From the NCBI GenBank assembly GCA_022710165.1, contig JAKLHL010000001.1, positions 1-29,150 on the forward strand: a DNA stretch of 29,150 nucleotides, written 5' to 3'. The DNA is from Bdellovibrionales bacterium. GTDB taxonomy: Bacteria > Bdellovibrionota > JAFGOL01. Positions 16,544-25,618 of the stretch are shown here, piece by piece. How positions within the stretch are numbered: position 1 is the first letter of the stretch; each line of letters starts with the position of its first letter. The notes under the pieces are model-generated. The model saw only the letters and a list, made by a program, of their open reading frames with translations. It was not told where the DNA came from and did no database searches. The position numbers and the translations under genes are program-made.

Positions 16544-17761
16544 TCAATTGATATCTAGGTCATGACCCATTTTTTTCTTCTTTGTACTCAGATACCTAAG
16601 ATTATGCACATTAGGCTCTATTACTATGGGCACGGTCTCTATTATCTCCAAACCATAACCACCAAGCCCAACCCTTTTTGCAGGATTGTTGGTTAGAAGT
16701 CTTATCTTTTTAACACCAAGATAGTGAAGTATCTGTGCGCCAACTCCATAATCCCTTAGATCTGGCTTAAAACCAAGCGCACAATTAGCTTCAACTGTAT
16801 CCATATTCTTTTCTTGCTGAAGATGATAGGCCTTTATCTTATTGATAAGACCAATGCCTCTTCCTTCCTGTCTCATATAGACTATAACACCTGCGCCTTC
16901 TTCATCTATGAGTTTCATCGCCTGGTGCAGCTGATCACCGCAGTCACACCTCAAGGACCCGAACACATCACCAGTAAGACACTCTGAATGGACCCTAACA
17001 AGTGTTGGTTTGTCAGGTTTTATATCGCCCTTAACAATTGCAATATGAACAAAAGGATCAGCCTCGTTAGAAAAAGCCACTATCTCAAATCCTTCACCAA
17101 AAGCTGTTGGGAGTTTCGCCCTTGCCTCTTCCTTTATCAGGGTCTCGTTTGCCATTCTGTATTTTATTATATCCGCTATTGTGCCTATTTTTATTCCGTG
17201 AACTTTAGAGAACTCAACAAGATCATCCATCCTTGCCATAGTACCGTCGTCTTTCATTATCTCACAAATTACAGCGGCAGATTTTAGACCAGCCATTCGA
17301 GAAAGATCTACAGAACCTTCTGTCTGCCCAGCTCTTTTAAGCACGCCACCCTTACAGGCCCTTAGAGGAAAAACATGACCAGGAGTAACGATATCAGAAG
17401 GCTTTACATTATCATTTATAGCAGCAAGTATCGTAGTGGCCCTGTCATGAGCGCTTATACCCGTGGTAACACCTTTTGCAGCCTCTATTGATACAGTAAA
17501 AGCGGTCCCGAACTGTGATTTATTATCATCTGTCATCATGGGGAGTTTTAAACGATCAACTATCTCACCGTCCAAGCTTAGACATATAAGCCCCCTGCCA
17601 TATTTTGCCATGAAGTTTATTACATCAGGCGTAACGAACTCTGCGGCAACTACAAGGTCTCCCTCATTCTCTCTATCCTCATCATCAACAAGGATAACCA
17701 TCTTGCCTTTCTTAATTTCATCTATAAGTTCTTTTACCGGTGATATGTATGTCTTACTCAT
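16544..17761 (-). CDS. ribBA: Bifunctional DHBP synthase / GTP cyclohydrolase II
   Basis: DDEDRENEGD, GRGLIC, TGISAHDR, RAGQTEGS; VRVHSECLTGD, RCDCG, RQEGRGIGL, LLTNNP. ATG 17761 has a GAGGT SD. Confidence 0.97.
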   Translation of the reverse strand: MSKTYISPVKELIDEIKKGKMVILVDDEDRENEGDLVVAAEFVTPDVINFMAKYGRGLICLSLDGEIVDRLKLPMMTDDNKSQFGTAFTVSIEAAKGVTTGISAHDRATTILAAINDNVKPSDIVTPGHVFPLRACKGGVLKRAGQTEGSVDLSRMAGLKSAAVICEIMKDDGTMARMDDLVEFSKVHGIKIGTIADIIKYRMANETLIKEEARAKLPTAFGEGFEIVAFSNEADPFVHIAIVKGDIKPDKPTLVRVHSECLTGDVFGSLRCDCGDQLHQAMKLIDEEGAGVIVYMRQEGRGIGLINKIKAYHLQQEKNMDTVEANCALGFKPDLRDYGVGAQILHYLGVKKIRLLTNNPAKRVGLGGYGLEIIETVPIVIEPNVHNLRYLSTKKKKMGHDLDIN

Positions 17762-18377
17762 AACCAAGACCTCTTAGATATTCTTCTGTTAATTTAGAGC
17801 CCGGCTTTTTTGAAACCATTTTGTTTATATATTTGGCGAGTATATCAAACTCAAGATTCACTGTGTCACCTGCTTTTTGACCCAGAAGATTAGTTTCTTT
17901 TAAAGTATAAGGGATAAGAGTTAGTCTGAACTTTTTATCTTCTACCTCGTTAACAGTAAGGCTTACTCCATTGACCGCAACGCTGCCTTTACTGACCATA
18001 AGCAAAGAGTATTTTTCATCATACTCTACGTACATATCGATACTTGATCCGTTATTCACCACTTTTGAGATCTTACCGATAGTATCTACATGACCAGTTA
18101 CAAAATGTCCGCCGAATCGTCCGTCGGCAGGCATTGCCCTTTCAAGATTCACAGTATCATTTGCTTTTAGTGAAGAAAGATCAGTATGAGAAAGACTTTC
18201 TTTAGATACATCAAAGCCAAGGATATTGGAATTTATCCCTGATACAGTAAGGCAAACACCGTTCACGCACACTGAGTCCCCTAGTTTAACACTAAAGTCT
18301 GGATCAACCTGGACCTCCAATCTATTGGAGCCAAAACTTTTTACCTTACCCGTCTTTTCTATAATACCTGTAAACAT
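17754..18377 (-). CDS. ribE: Riboflavin synthase (alpha chain)
   Basis: Canonical N-terminus MFTGII at 18377; DSVCVNGVCLT, VNLERA, GGHFVTGHVD, KGSVAVNGVSLT, VNLEFD. Confidence 0.97.
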   Translation of the reverse strand: MFTGIIEKTGKVKSFGSNRLEVQVDPDFSVKLGDSVCVNGVCLTVSGINSNILGFDVSKESLSHTDLSSLKANDTVNLERAMPADGRFGGHFVTGHVDTIGKISKVVNNGSSIDMYVEYDEKYSLLMVSKGSVAVNGVSLTVNEVEDKKFRLTLIPYTLKETNLLGQKAGDTVNLEFDILAKYINKMVSKKPGSKLTEEYLRGLGYE

Positions 18378-18387
18378 AACACCGTCC

Positions 18388-19425
18388 TTAAATATCAAAA
18401 TAGCCCTCTAGGGCAAGTGTATTCTCTAGCAACTCTTCCTTTTCTACCACCATATTTGGCATTTTGGGTGCTTTATTATCTTCATCAAGTTCTACCGGAG
18501 CCACAAAGACATTGAATTTATCTATCATATCAACCGCATCTTTAATGAATGCTCCTATCAATACTGGTCCAGCTTCCACCATTACCTCTCTGGCATTAAG
18601 TTCTTCACAAAGTCTTGGCATAAGCTTCCTTATATCTATTAGACCTTTGTCGTTAAGCTCGGATTTTATCATTTTGACGCCATCTATTTTTTTATCACTG
18701 CCAGTAACGACAATTACTTCTTTGGCGAACTTAAATACTTTCAGTTCTCTCTTTTCATAACGCTCATATAGTTTAAGACCCTCGTCTAATATCACCACTC
18801 TACAAGAGCTGAACTTTGGATCATCTTTTTCCACAGTACCAATACCTGTAACTATAAGATCAGAAAAAGCTCTCAGTTCATGTACTCTCTTTCTGGCAGT
18901 TTCGCCGGTGAACCAAGTGCTGCCCATTATACCATTAGCTGACACAGCCAACTTGATCCTCACGAACGGCAGACCTTTTGTGTTGTATTTATGAAAACCA
19001 GGATTTAAGTCTCTGCACGCCTTTTCCAAAACACCTGTCTTAACTTCTACGCCGCCAGATCTTAATTTTGCTATACCCTCACCGCAAACAGTTTTACAAT
19101 CATCTGTAGTCCCTACGTAGACCCTTTTTATCCCAGCGTTAATTATAGCCTCTGAACACGGCGGGGTTTTTCCTTGATGATTACATGGTTCAAGTGTCAC
19201 ACAAAGGTTCTTCCCGTTTATATTGCAGTTCCTTTTTTTAGCATCATTTATAGCCTCGACCTCTGCATGATCTGATCCAAAAGACCTATGATAACCCTCG
19301 CCCAAGACATTTCCCTGGTCATCAAAAATAACGGCGCCAACCCTCGGGTTTGGCAGGGTTTCAGACTTGGCCTTTCTTGCCAAGAGTATAGACCTTCTCA
19401 TCAATGATTCTATTAGCTCTTTCAT
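18388..19425 (-). CDS. ribD: Bifunctional diaminohydroxyphosphoribosylaminopyrimidine deaminase / reductase
   Basis: PNPRVGA, HAE, TLEPCNHQGKTPPC zinc motif. Reductase half (WFTGETAR, GIGTVEKDDP, VEAG) is somewhat compact. Confidence 0.93.
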   Translation of the reverse strand: MKELIESLMRRSILLARKAKSETLPNPRVGAVIFDDQGNVLGEGYHRSFGSDHAEVEAINDAKKRNCNINGKNLCVTLEPCNHQGKTPPCSEAIINAGIKRVYVGTTDDCKTVCGEGIAKLRSGGVEVKTGVLEKACRDLNPGFHKYNTKGLPFVRIKLAVSANGIMGSTWFTGETARKRVHELRAFSDLIVTGIGTVEKDDPKFSSCRVVILDEGLKLYERYEKRELKVFKFAKEVIVVTGSDKKIDGVKMIKSELNDKGLIDIRKLMPRLCEELNAREVMVEAGPVLIGAFIKDAVDMIDKFNVFVAPVELDEDNKAPKMPNMVVEKEELLENTLALEGYFDI

Positions 19426-19847
19426 TTCTTAAGATTTTTTGCTTCCTCGTAAAGTTTTTTATCCTCTTCGGTCTTTGGCTCTATAACAACCCCATGCGGA
19501 GTTGGTTTTGTATGTTCGTTAACATGTACAAAAGATATGAACCCATCAACAATAACATCCTGGCTGCCTCTTAAAGAGACTTTTGTATAGGCGACTATAC
19601 TGGTCTTTCCTGCATAAACGGTCTTACTCGAAAAGCGGACTATATCGCCAAGCCTAACAGGCTTAGAAAAATGCATCCCATGCATTTTAACGCATATAAG
19701 GTTCTGGGGTTTGACCAGTTCAGTTGCTGCTATAAAAGATGACTCAACGAACCACTCGGCACTCCTTCCAGCAAAAAGTGTTCCATGATGGTTAAGGTCC
19801 TCTGATTTTATCAACCTATGAGTAACGAATTCTTTTGGGGTGCTCAT
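19422..19847 (-). CDS. Hotdog-fold acyl-CoA thioesterase
   Basis: EDLNHHGTLFAG, HFSKPVRLGD, AGKTSI, FVHVNEHTKP match YciA-type hotdog thioesterases. Confidence 0.85.
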   Translation of the reverse strand: MSTPKEFVTHRLIKSEDLNHHGTLFAGRSAEWFVESSFIAATELVKPQNLICVKMHGMHFSKPVRLGDIVRFSSKTVYAGKTSIVAYTKVSLRGSQDVIVDGFISFVHVNEHTKPTPHGVVIEPKTEEDKKLYEEAKNLKK

Positions 19848-19851
19848 TTTA

Positions 19852-20202
19852 TTACCTCACTATTTTGTTTGTTTCGTCTAATCTTATTACTGTTGGCTTA
19901 TGGGTCCTTATATCTTTCTCTTCTATGTGAGCATAAGAGGCCACTATTATCTTGTCGCCGGCTTTCGCCCTGTGCGCAGCAGCACCATTAACGAAAAAAT
20001 TGCTGCTGCCTGCCGGTTCCTTAATTACGTAAGTAGAGAAACGTTCACCGTTAGTAACATTATAGACATCGATCCTTTCATTAACATAAAGACCGCAGGC
20101 CTCTATCATGTCCTCGGGTATTCCAAGGCTACCTTCGTAGTTAAGATCGGTCCTTGTAACTCTTGCACCATGGATCTTTGATTTCAATACTTCTATCAAC
20201 AT
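19852..20202 (-). CDS. panD: Aspartate 1-decarboxylase
   Basis: KSKIH, YEG-S self-cleavage site, RFSTY, NGAAAH, GDKII. Confidence 0.97.
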   Translation of the reverse strand: MLIEVLKSKIHGARVTRTDLNYEGSLGIPEDMIEACGLYVNERIDVYNVTNGERFSTYVIKEPAGSSNFFVNGAAAHRAKAGDKIIVASYAHIEEKDIRTHKPTVIRLDETNKIVR

Positions 20203-20219
20203 CTTTTTTCCCTTCCTTC

Positions 20220-21056
20220 TTATAGTATAATATTATCTATCAACCTCACCGAACCGCAAAAGCCCGCAACTGCCACCAAACAGCCTTGTGATGCATTTTC
20301 CACACTGCTTAGATCGTTGGCGTCCAGTATCTCAAGATACTGAACAGATACATCAGGGACCAGAACACTAAGACCTATTTTTTTCAAATTATCGGTTTCG
20401 TTATTACCCTTTTCGAAAGACTCCTTTATAGCTTTAAGGGCTTTGTTTATTTTCAATGCTTTTTTTCTATCCTCAGTGCTCAAATAAGAATTCCTCGAGC
20501 TCATTGCAAGACCATCATCATCCCTCACTAAAGTACACGGAACCACCTCTACTCCCATGTTAAGTGCTTCGCTCATCTTTCTTATCAAGACCAACTGCTG
20601 ATAATCTTTCATCCCAAAGTAAGCCCTGTTCGGATGGCATATGTTAAAAAGTTTTGCTACCACAGTAAGAACGCCGTCAAAGTGACCGGGCCTGAATTTC
20701 CCACAAAGGGCTGTGCTTGCCGTTTTTTCTGTGACAAAAAAGCTGTTCCCACCGTCTTTATAGATAGCGTCAACTTCCGGTACGAAAACAAAGTCACAAC
20801 CAGCCTTTTCAAGCTTTTCCATGTCAGCTTCTATAGTACGAGGGTACTTGTTGTAGTCCTCTGATGGACCAAATTGTGTTGGGTTAACAAAGATGCTTAC
20901 TCCGACAATGTTATTCTCTTTCTTGGCACGCTCCACCAAAGAGACATGCCCCTGATGAAGATTCCCCATTGTAGGAACGAACCCTACGGTTTTACCTACA
21001 GACTTTATCAACGACGTAAAATGTTTTACCTGATCGATGTTCTTAAAGACTTTCAT
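20220..21056 (-). CDS. panC: Pantoate--beta-alanine ligase
   Basis: PTMGNLHQGH, SIFVNPTQF, RPGHFDGV, FGMKDYQQ, GLAMSSRN. TGATG overlap with coaBC. Confidence 0.97.
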   Translation of the reverse strand: MKVFKNIDQVKHFTSLIKSVGKTVGFVPTMGNLHQGHVSLVERAKKENNIVGVSIFVNPTQFGPSEDYNKYPRTIEADMEKLEKAGCDFVFVPEVDAIYKDGGNSFFVTEKTASTALCGKFRPGHFDGVLTVVAKLFNICHPNRAYFGMKDYQQLVLIRKMSEALNMGVEVVPCTLVRDDDGLAMSSRNSYLSTEDRKKALKINKALKAIKESFEKGNNETDNLKKIGLSVLVPDVSVQYLEILDANDLSSVENASQGCLVAVAGFCGSVRLIDNIIL

Positions 21057-22282
21057 CAATGTGCCTCTTGAGATGTTTTAGCCTTTGCCGCTTCCTGACC
21101 TGCAAGTAGTTTTTCTACTTCTTTTAATATTTCATCAGCTACTATCCTTTTCTCTGACTCCTTAACGTATTTCCTTATACCCTTGGAGTCGATTATGACC
21201 ACGCTGCTTGAATTAGAATCTATGGCCTCTACGGAATTGGCCACGATAAGGTCCATACCTTTTGAGTTGAGTTTTTCTTTTGCGTTGCGCTCAAGGTCAC
21301 TGGTCTCTAAGGCAAAACCTATCATGAGCTGTTTTTTCTTCGATCTGGAAAGTTCGCTAAAAACATCAACTGACGGTTTTAGTTTTATTGTTATGTCTTT
21401 GTTGTCTTTTTTTATCTTCTCCAGCTGAGGCTCGTTCTTAAAATCACAAAGAGCGCCAGCGCTGATATAAATATCTGCAGCATCAAAAAGACCGCGGACA
21501 TTATTATAAACGTCTTCGGTGGTCTCTACCAAAACTGTCGTATCTGTGTAATACTTTGCCCACTGGAACTTTTCTATGACCTCTTTGTTGCATATCAATG
21601 TAACCTTTGCTCCCCTAAGCCAAGCCTGTCTCGCAAGTTCTGCACCCATAAGACCACTTGACCCATTCTCTATATATCTGACAGGGTCTATATAGGACTT
21701 TGTTGAACCGGCAGTAATAAGGACGTTCTTGCCAGATAAAGAAGAGAATATCTCTGCCCTTTCTGTTTCTGCCATCACCATCTGGTAAATAAGATCAACG
21801 TCCGGAAGCCTGCCCTTTCCTGTATCTCCGCAAGCAAGTTCTCCTTCTGCAGGGTCGTAAACAATATATCCCCAATCCCTAAGCTTAGCGATATTATCGT
21901 TAACAGAAGGGTGTGTAAGCATATTCGTGTTCATTGCCGGGAAGATGTAGCAAGGTTTATCTAAAGCAAGCACGACCGTACTTAAGAGGTCGTCACAGAT
22001 ACCATTAGCTATCTTGCCTATTATGTTCGCAGTAGCCGGGGCTATTATCATTATGTCTGCCCATTTTCCAAGCTCCACATGTTCAACATCCCTGGTACTG
22101 CTAAAAAGCTCTGTGTGGCATTTGTTCTTACTAAGGGTCTCAAGCGTAACAGGAGTAACAAAATACTTGGCGTTCTCTGTAAGGATGGTCTTAACCTGAT
22201 GACCCTCCTTAATGAAAAGCCTTACAAGGTCAGCTATCTTGTATGCAGCTATCCCGCCGCTAACACCTATCAATATATTCAT
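21056..22282 (-). CDS. coaBC: Phosphopantothenoylcysteine decarboxylase / phosphopantothenate--cysteine ligase
   Basis: GGIAAYK, HVELGKWAD, APATAN, PAMN, ELACGDTGKGRL; TAGST..IDPVRYIENGSSGLMG, GFALET, DLIVAN. Confidence 0.96.
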   Translation of the reverse strand: MNILIGVSGGIAAYKIADLVRLFIKEGHQVKTILTENAKYFVTPVTLETLSKNKCHTELFSSTRDVEHVELGKWADIMIIAPATANIIGKIANGICDDLLSTVVLALDKPCYIFPAMNTNMLTHPSVNDNIAKLRDWGYIVYDPAEGELACGDTGKGRLPDVDLIYQMVMAETERAEIFSSLSGKNVLITAGSTKSYIDPVRYIENGSSGLMGAELARQAWLRGAKVTLICNKEVIEKFQWAKYYTDTTVLVETTEDVYNNVRGLFDAADIYISAGALCDFKNEPQLEKIKKDNKDITIKLKPSVDVFSELSRSKKKQLMIGFALETSDLERNAKEKLNSKGMDLIVANSVEAIDSNSSSVVIIDSKGIRKYVKESEKRIVADEILKEVEKLLAGQEAAKAKTSQEAH

Positions 22283-22283
22283 A

Positions 22284-23003
22284 TTAAGCTCCTCTATTAT
22301 TGTGTATGTTCATCATCCCTCTGAATATAAGGTTATCAACATACTCATATTTCATCTCTAATAGTTCACCCAAGAATTTCCCTGCTCCACCGGTAACAAG
22401 GACTTTCATATCGCTGAGCCCAAAACTTTCGCGTGATGCCGATATTATGTGTTTTACGCCAGAAGCGATGGTAAGGCAGATCCCGCAATTCATTGCATTC
22501 ATGGTATCTGTGCCATAAGAGCCTTTTGGAGAGATCGGTTTTAGACGTGGCAGCATAAAAGTGTAATCATTAAGTGCTTTAAAGCAAAGTTCAAAGCCAG
22601 GAATTATAACGCCACCCTTATAGACATTAACACCATCCTGTTTGATCACAAAATCCACGGTTATAGCCGTGCCTGCGTCTATAACAACAAAAGGAGGGTC
22701 AAGCAGCGTAATACCGCCTTCGACAGCAATAAGCCTGTCCGTACCAACACCGTCTACGTTATGTTTAAAAGAAAATTTCGATCTATTATTTATCAAACCA
22801 AATTTCTTACCTATAGACTGCAGGTATAATCCAAGCTCGTTTATCATATCAGGTACGACACCTGAGACCACAACAGCATCACAGCCTATAAGGACATCCC
22901 TTGTTGACCTTGGGTCAAATCCTGTAGTAGGGAAAGAATGAAGGGTCATCCTCTCGTCCATTATCTTTATATTAGTGTTACCAACATCTATATAGGCAGC
23001 CAT
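22284..23003 (-). CDS. coaX: Type III pantothenate kinase
   Basis: IDVGNTNIK, GTDRL, VIDAGTAITVD, GGVIIPG, TGGAG. Confidence 0.95.
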   Translation of the reverse strand: MAAYIDVGNTNIKIMDERMTLHSFPTTGFDPRSTRDVLIGCDAVVVSGVVPDMINELGLYLQSIGKKFGLINNRSKFSFKHNVDGVGTDRLIAVEGGITLLDPPFVVIDAGTAITVDFVIKQDGVNVYKGGVIIPGFELCFKALNDYTFMLPRLKPISPKGSYGTDTMNAMNCGICLTIASGVKHIISASRESFGLSDMKVLVTGGAGKFLGELLEMKYEYVDNLIFRGMMNIHNNRGA

Positions 23004-23008
23004 CGCAT

Positions 23009-23767
23009 CTATTCTCCTCTTACTTGTTTAGAGAAATCATTTACAGCCTTCTTTATCTCACCGGCAAGGTCCAGTTTTGGTTTAACGAAAGATGGGACTT
23101 TTGATGTTGTTAGACCTATAAGGTCGTTTATGACGAGGACCTGGCCGTCGGTGTAAGGACCAGAACCTATGCCAATTGTTGGGACGCTCACCTCTTGTGT
23201 TACTGCCTTTGAAAGCTCCTCGTTAACACACTCAAGGACTATAGAAAAAACACCGGCATCACAAAGTGCTTTTGCGTCATTCATTATCTGCTCTGCAGAT
23301 TTTTGAGTATTGCCCTGTGTTTTATATCCTCCAAGTTTAAGGTAACTTTGAGGTGTAAGACCAAGATGTCCCATAACAGGAACACCTGCGTTGCCGAGAG
23401 CCTTTATAAGTTCAACGTGTTCTTTGCCACCTTCTATTTTTACACCGTGAGCGCCAGTGCTCTGCATAACGTTCATAACATTTTCAAGAGATCTTTCTAG
23501 TCCCATTGAAATGCTCATGAACGGCATGTCAACTATGACAACCTTGTTAGGAGCACCTTTAACAACGGCTTTTGCATGATGTATCATATCGTTAAGCGTT
23601 ACAGCGATAGTATCCTTGTGACCGAGCATTACGTTGCCCAGCGAATCACCAACAAGGATCATGTCTATGTCGGTCTGGTCCAGTATGCTGGCCATAGAAT
23701 AATCATATGCTGTGAGCATAGTTATCTTGTGCGTACCTTTTTTATTCAACAAATTCCCTGGATACAT
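23009..23767 (-). CDS. panB: 3-methyl-2-oxobutanoate hydroxymethyltransferase
   Basis: MLTAYD, LVGDSLG, DMPF, VKIEGG, GHLGLTPQ, IGIGSG, DGQVLV. Confidence 0.97.
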   Translation of the reverse strand: MYPGNLLNKKGTHKITMLTAYDYSMASILDQTDIDMILVGDSLGNVMLGHKDTIAVTLNDMIHHAKAVVKGAPNKVVIVDMPFMSISMGLERSLENVMNVMQSTGAHGVKIEGGKEHVELIKALGNAGVPVMGHLGLTPQSYLKLGGYKTQGNTQKSAEQIMNDAKALCDAGVFSIVLECVNEELSKAVTQEVSVPTIGIGSGPYTDGQVLVINDLIGLTTSKVPSFVKPKLDLAGEIKKAVNDFSKQVRGE

Positions 23768-23785
23768 GGCGCCTCCCTCTCAGCC

Positions 23786-24907
23786 TCAAGAAAAACTTTG
23801 AACGGCCGAGTCAAAATGTTTGGACCTTTTTCTTATCTGCTCTGCGATATTCTTTTTACTTGAACCACCAAGCGTTGAAAGGAATTTCTTGGTCTTGATG
23901 TCATCAAAGGCATTATGCATTATCTCTTTTATAGACCTTCCTTTTTCCATTTCTTCCCAGATCTTGAATCCGCCCGATGCAGCAACGGGGCTTATGGCTT
24001 CGTACATCCCTGATATGCCTTTCTCTTTTATTACGTCCAGCATGTAGGACAGCTCATAAAGGCACTCTTGAAGTGCAACCTCTTCTGATATCCCCTTTTC
24101 CTTAAGCATATTGAAAGTCTCTACTATTAACGCTGGAACTCCGCCGCAAATTATCATCTGTTCAGTAAAAAGATCAGATAATGTCTCTTCCAAAAAAGTC
24201 GATCTTATCAAAGGATAAAGTTTAAGGCCTTTAGCCAACTCTATGGCAATGTTCTTATCCTTAACGGATTCAGTATAAATAACCGCTGGAGTGTTTTTGT
24301 CGTCCAAATAATTCATCCTCATGGTCCTTGCAACGGACTTAGGCGCAAGAAGGATCTTTCTGGCATTTAGTTTGATCCCTTCATAAGAAACGCTAAAACC
24401 GTGTGCAAATATAAAAACGAACTCCGGGTCTATGATGCTTGAATATTTATCAAAGAACTTTTTGTGATCTTCATCAGGCATTAAAACACAAAACACCTTG
24501 CTGTCTGGATTTAAGAGGCCATCCTTTATGCTCTTAACCTCAAAGCCGTCATCAAGCGCTTTCTTTATGGAGGAACTCCCTTCTCTCAAGAGGACTGTAA
24601 CAACAACTCCAGAGTCCCTTAGATTTTTTGCCCACACCGCACCCTGATTACCATAACCGATCACATTGACCCTCAACCTCGTACGATCGTTCGTGGTCAA
24701 TGGGTCTTTCTTAAGTTCTTTTGATCTTTTTATTTCAAGGATGGTCTCAAGTGCATCTTTGGTCCAGACCCTCCAGCCCCTTCCATCACGCAGTGGTTTT
24801 GGTATGGTGCCATCCTCTTCCCATCTTATCAATGTGTTCTTAGAAACACCCAAAAGACGTGCAAGCTCTGAAGAGTTGTAATAAGGTCCGTTATATTTTT
24901 TATTCAT
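23786..24907 (-). CDS. ilvC: MerR-like winged-HTH fused to short (class I) ketol-acid reductoisomerase; probably provides ketopantoate reductase activity
   Basis: aa 9-60 SELARLLGVSKNTLIRWEEDGTIPKPLRDGRGWRVWT is a MerR-type HTH plus wing. From about aa 78: GYGNQG, NLRDSG, LREGSSS, MPDE, FAHGF, APK, DLFTEQ..CGG, ECLYEL, all KARI motifs. One uninterrupted frame. Confidence 0.9.
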   Translation of the reverse strand: MNKKYNGPYYNSSELARLLGVSKNTLIRWEEDGTIPKPLRDGRGWRVWTKDALETILEIKRSKELKKDPLTTNDRTRLRVNVIGYGNQGAVWAKNLRDSGVVVTVLLREGSSSIKKALDDGFEVKSIKDGLLNPDSKVFCVLMPDEDHKKFFDKYSSIIDPEFVFIFAHGFSVSYEGIKLNARKILLAPKSVARTMRMNYLDDKNTPAVIYTESVKDKNIAIELAKGLKLYPLIRSTFLEETLSDLFTEQMIICGGVPALIVETFNMLKEKGISEEVALQECLYELSYMLDVIKEKGISGMYEAISPVAASGGFKIWEEMEKGRSIKEIMHNAFDDIKTKKFLSTLGGSSKKNIAEQIRKRSKHFDSAVQSFS

Positions 24908-24945
24908 AGGTATACCTATCTATACCCACAAATAAAAGATGTCAA
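24906..24945 (-). promoter_or_regulatory. Candidate promoter and operator of the HTH-ilvC/pan/coa/rib operon
   Basis: Perfect TTGACA at 24945-24940; possible -10 TATAGA or TAGATA (15- or 17-nt spacer). Perfect 14-bp palindrome ATAGGTATACCTAT at 24906-24919. TATACC direct repeat at 24911 and 24921. Confidence 0.55.
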
Positions 24946-24950
24946 GCCAT

Positions 24951-25616
24951 CTAAACCCTAAGGCCTGTTGCGCTATACCCTTGATCTTTAAAGATATTTT
25001 CAAATAATTCGAGCTGATCCTTGTCGTAAGTTCTTTCGTTATTGCACTTTTGAATGAACAATCTATCCCTATGGTTCAAGCATGGGAGCAATTCATCTAT
25101 GACAGTGGTATCTATAAAATCAGGATAGCAGGTCATTCTAAGTTCATAATCAACGCCCGAGTCTTTAATGATGTTGTAGCTTTCAAGTATCCTTGAACCA
25201 TCAACTCCAAGTGAGTTTTTATATCTTTCAAAAGAGGTCTTTATATCAAGCGCAAGATAATCAACGATTTTTTTAGAGATGAGTTCTTTTATGACTTGTG
25301 GATTAGATCCATTGGTATCCAGCTTTATTAAAAGTCCGTATGTTCTTTTTATCTCTGAACAAAAATCTACAAGATCCTTTTGAAGAGTTGGTTCGCCCCC
25401 GCTTATTGATACACCGTCTATAAAACCTGCCCTTTCTTTTAAAACATCAAATATATCATCCATGGGCATGGCTTCTGGTTGTTCTGCAAAATCAAAAGAT
25501 ATCTGTTTGTTATGGCAGTAAGGACACTTCATATTACAGCCAATAGTGAACAGAACTGTACAAACTTTACCAGGATAATCTATCAAGCTTGTCTTTTGGA
25601 CACCGGCTATCTGCAC
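24951..25616 (-). CDS. nrdG: Anaerobic ribonucleotide reductase activating protein (radical SAM)
   Basis: KTSLIDYPGK, GCNMKCPYCHN (CxxxCxxC), SGGEPT, KLDTNG, LDIK. GTG start 2 nt after nrdD. Confidence 0.95.
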   Translation of the reverse strand: MQIAGVQKTSLIDYPGKVCTVLFTIGCNMKCPYCHNKQISFDFAEQPEAMPMDDIFDVLKERAGFIDGVSISGGEPTLQKDLVDFCSEIKRTYGLLIKLDTNGSNPQVIKELISKKIVDYLALDIKTSFERYKNSLGVDGSRILESYNIIKDSGVDYELRMTCYPDFIDTTVIDELLPCLNHRDRLFIQKCNNERTYDKDQLELFENIFKDQGYSATGLRV

Positions 25617-25618
25617 AT

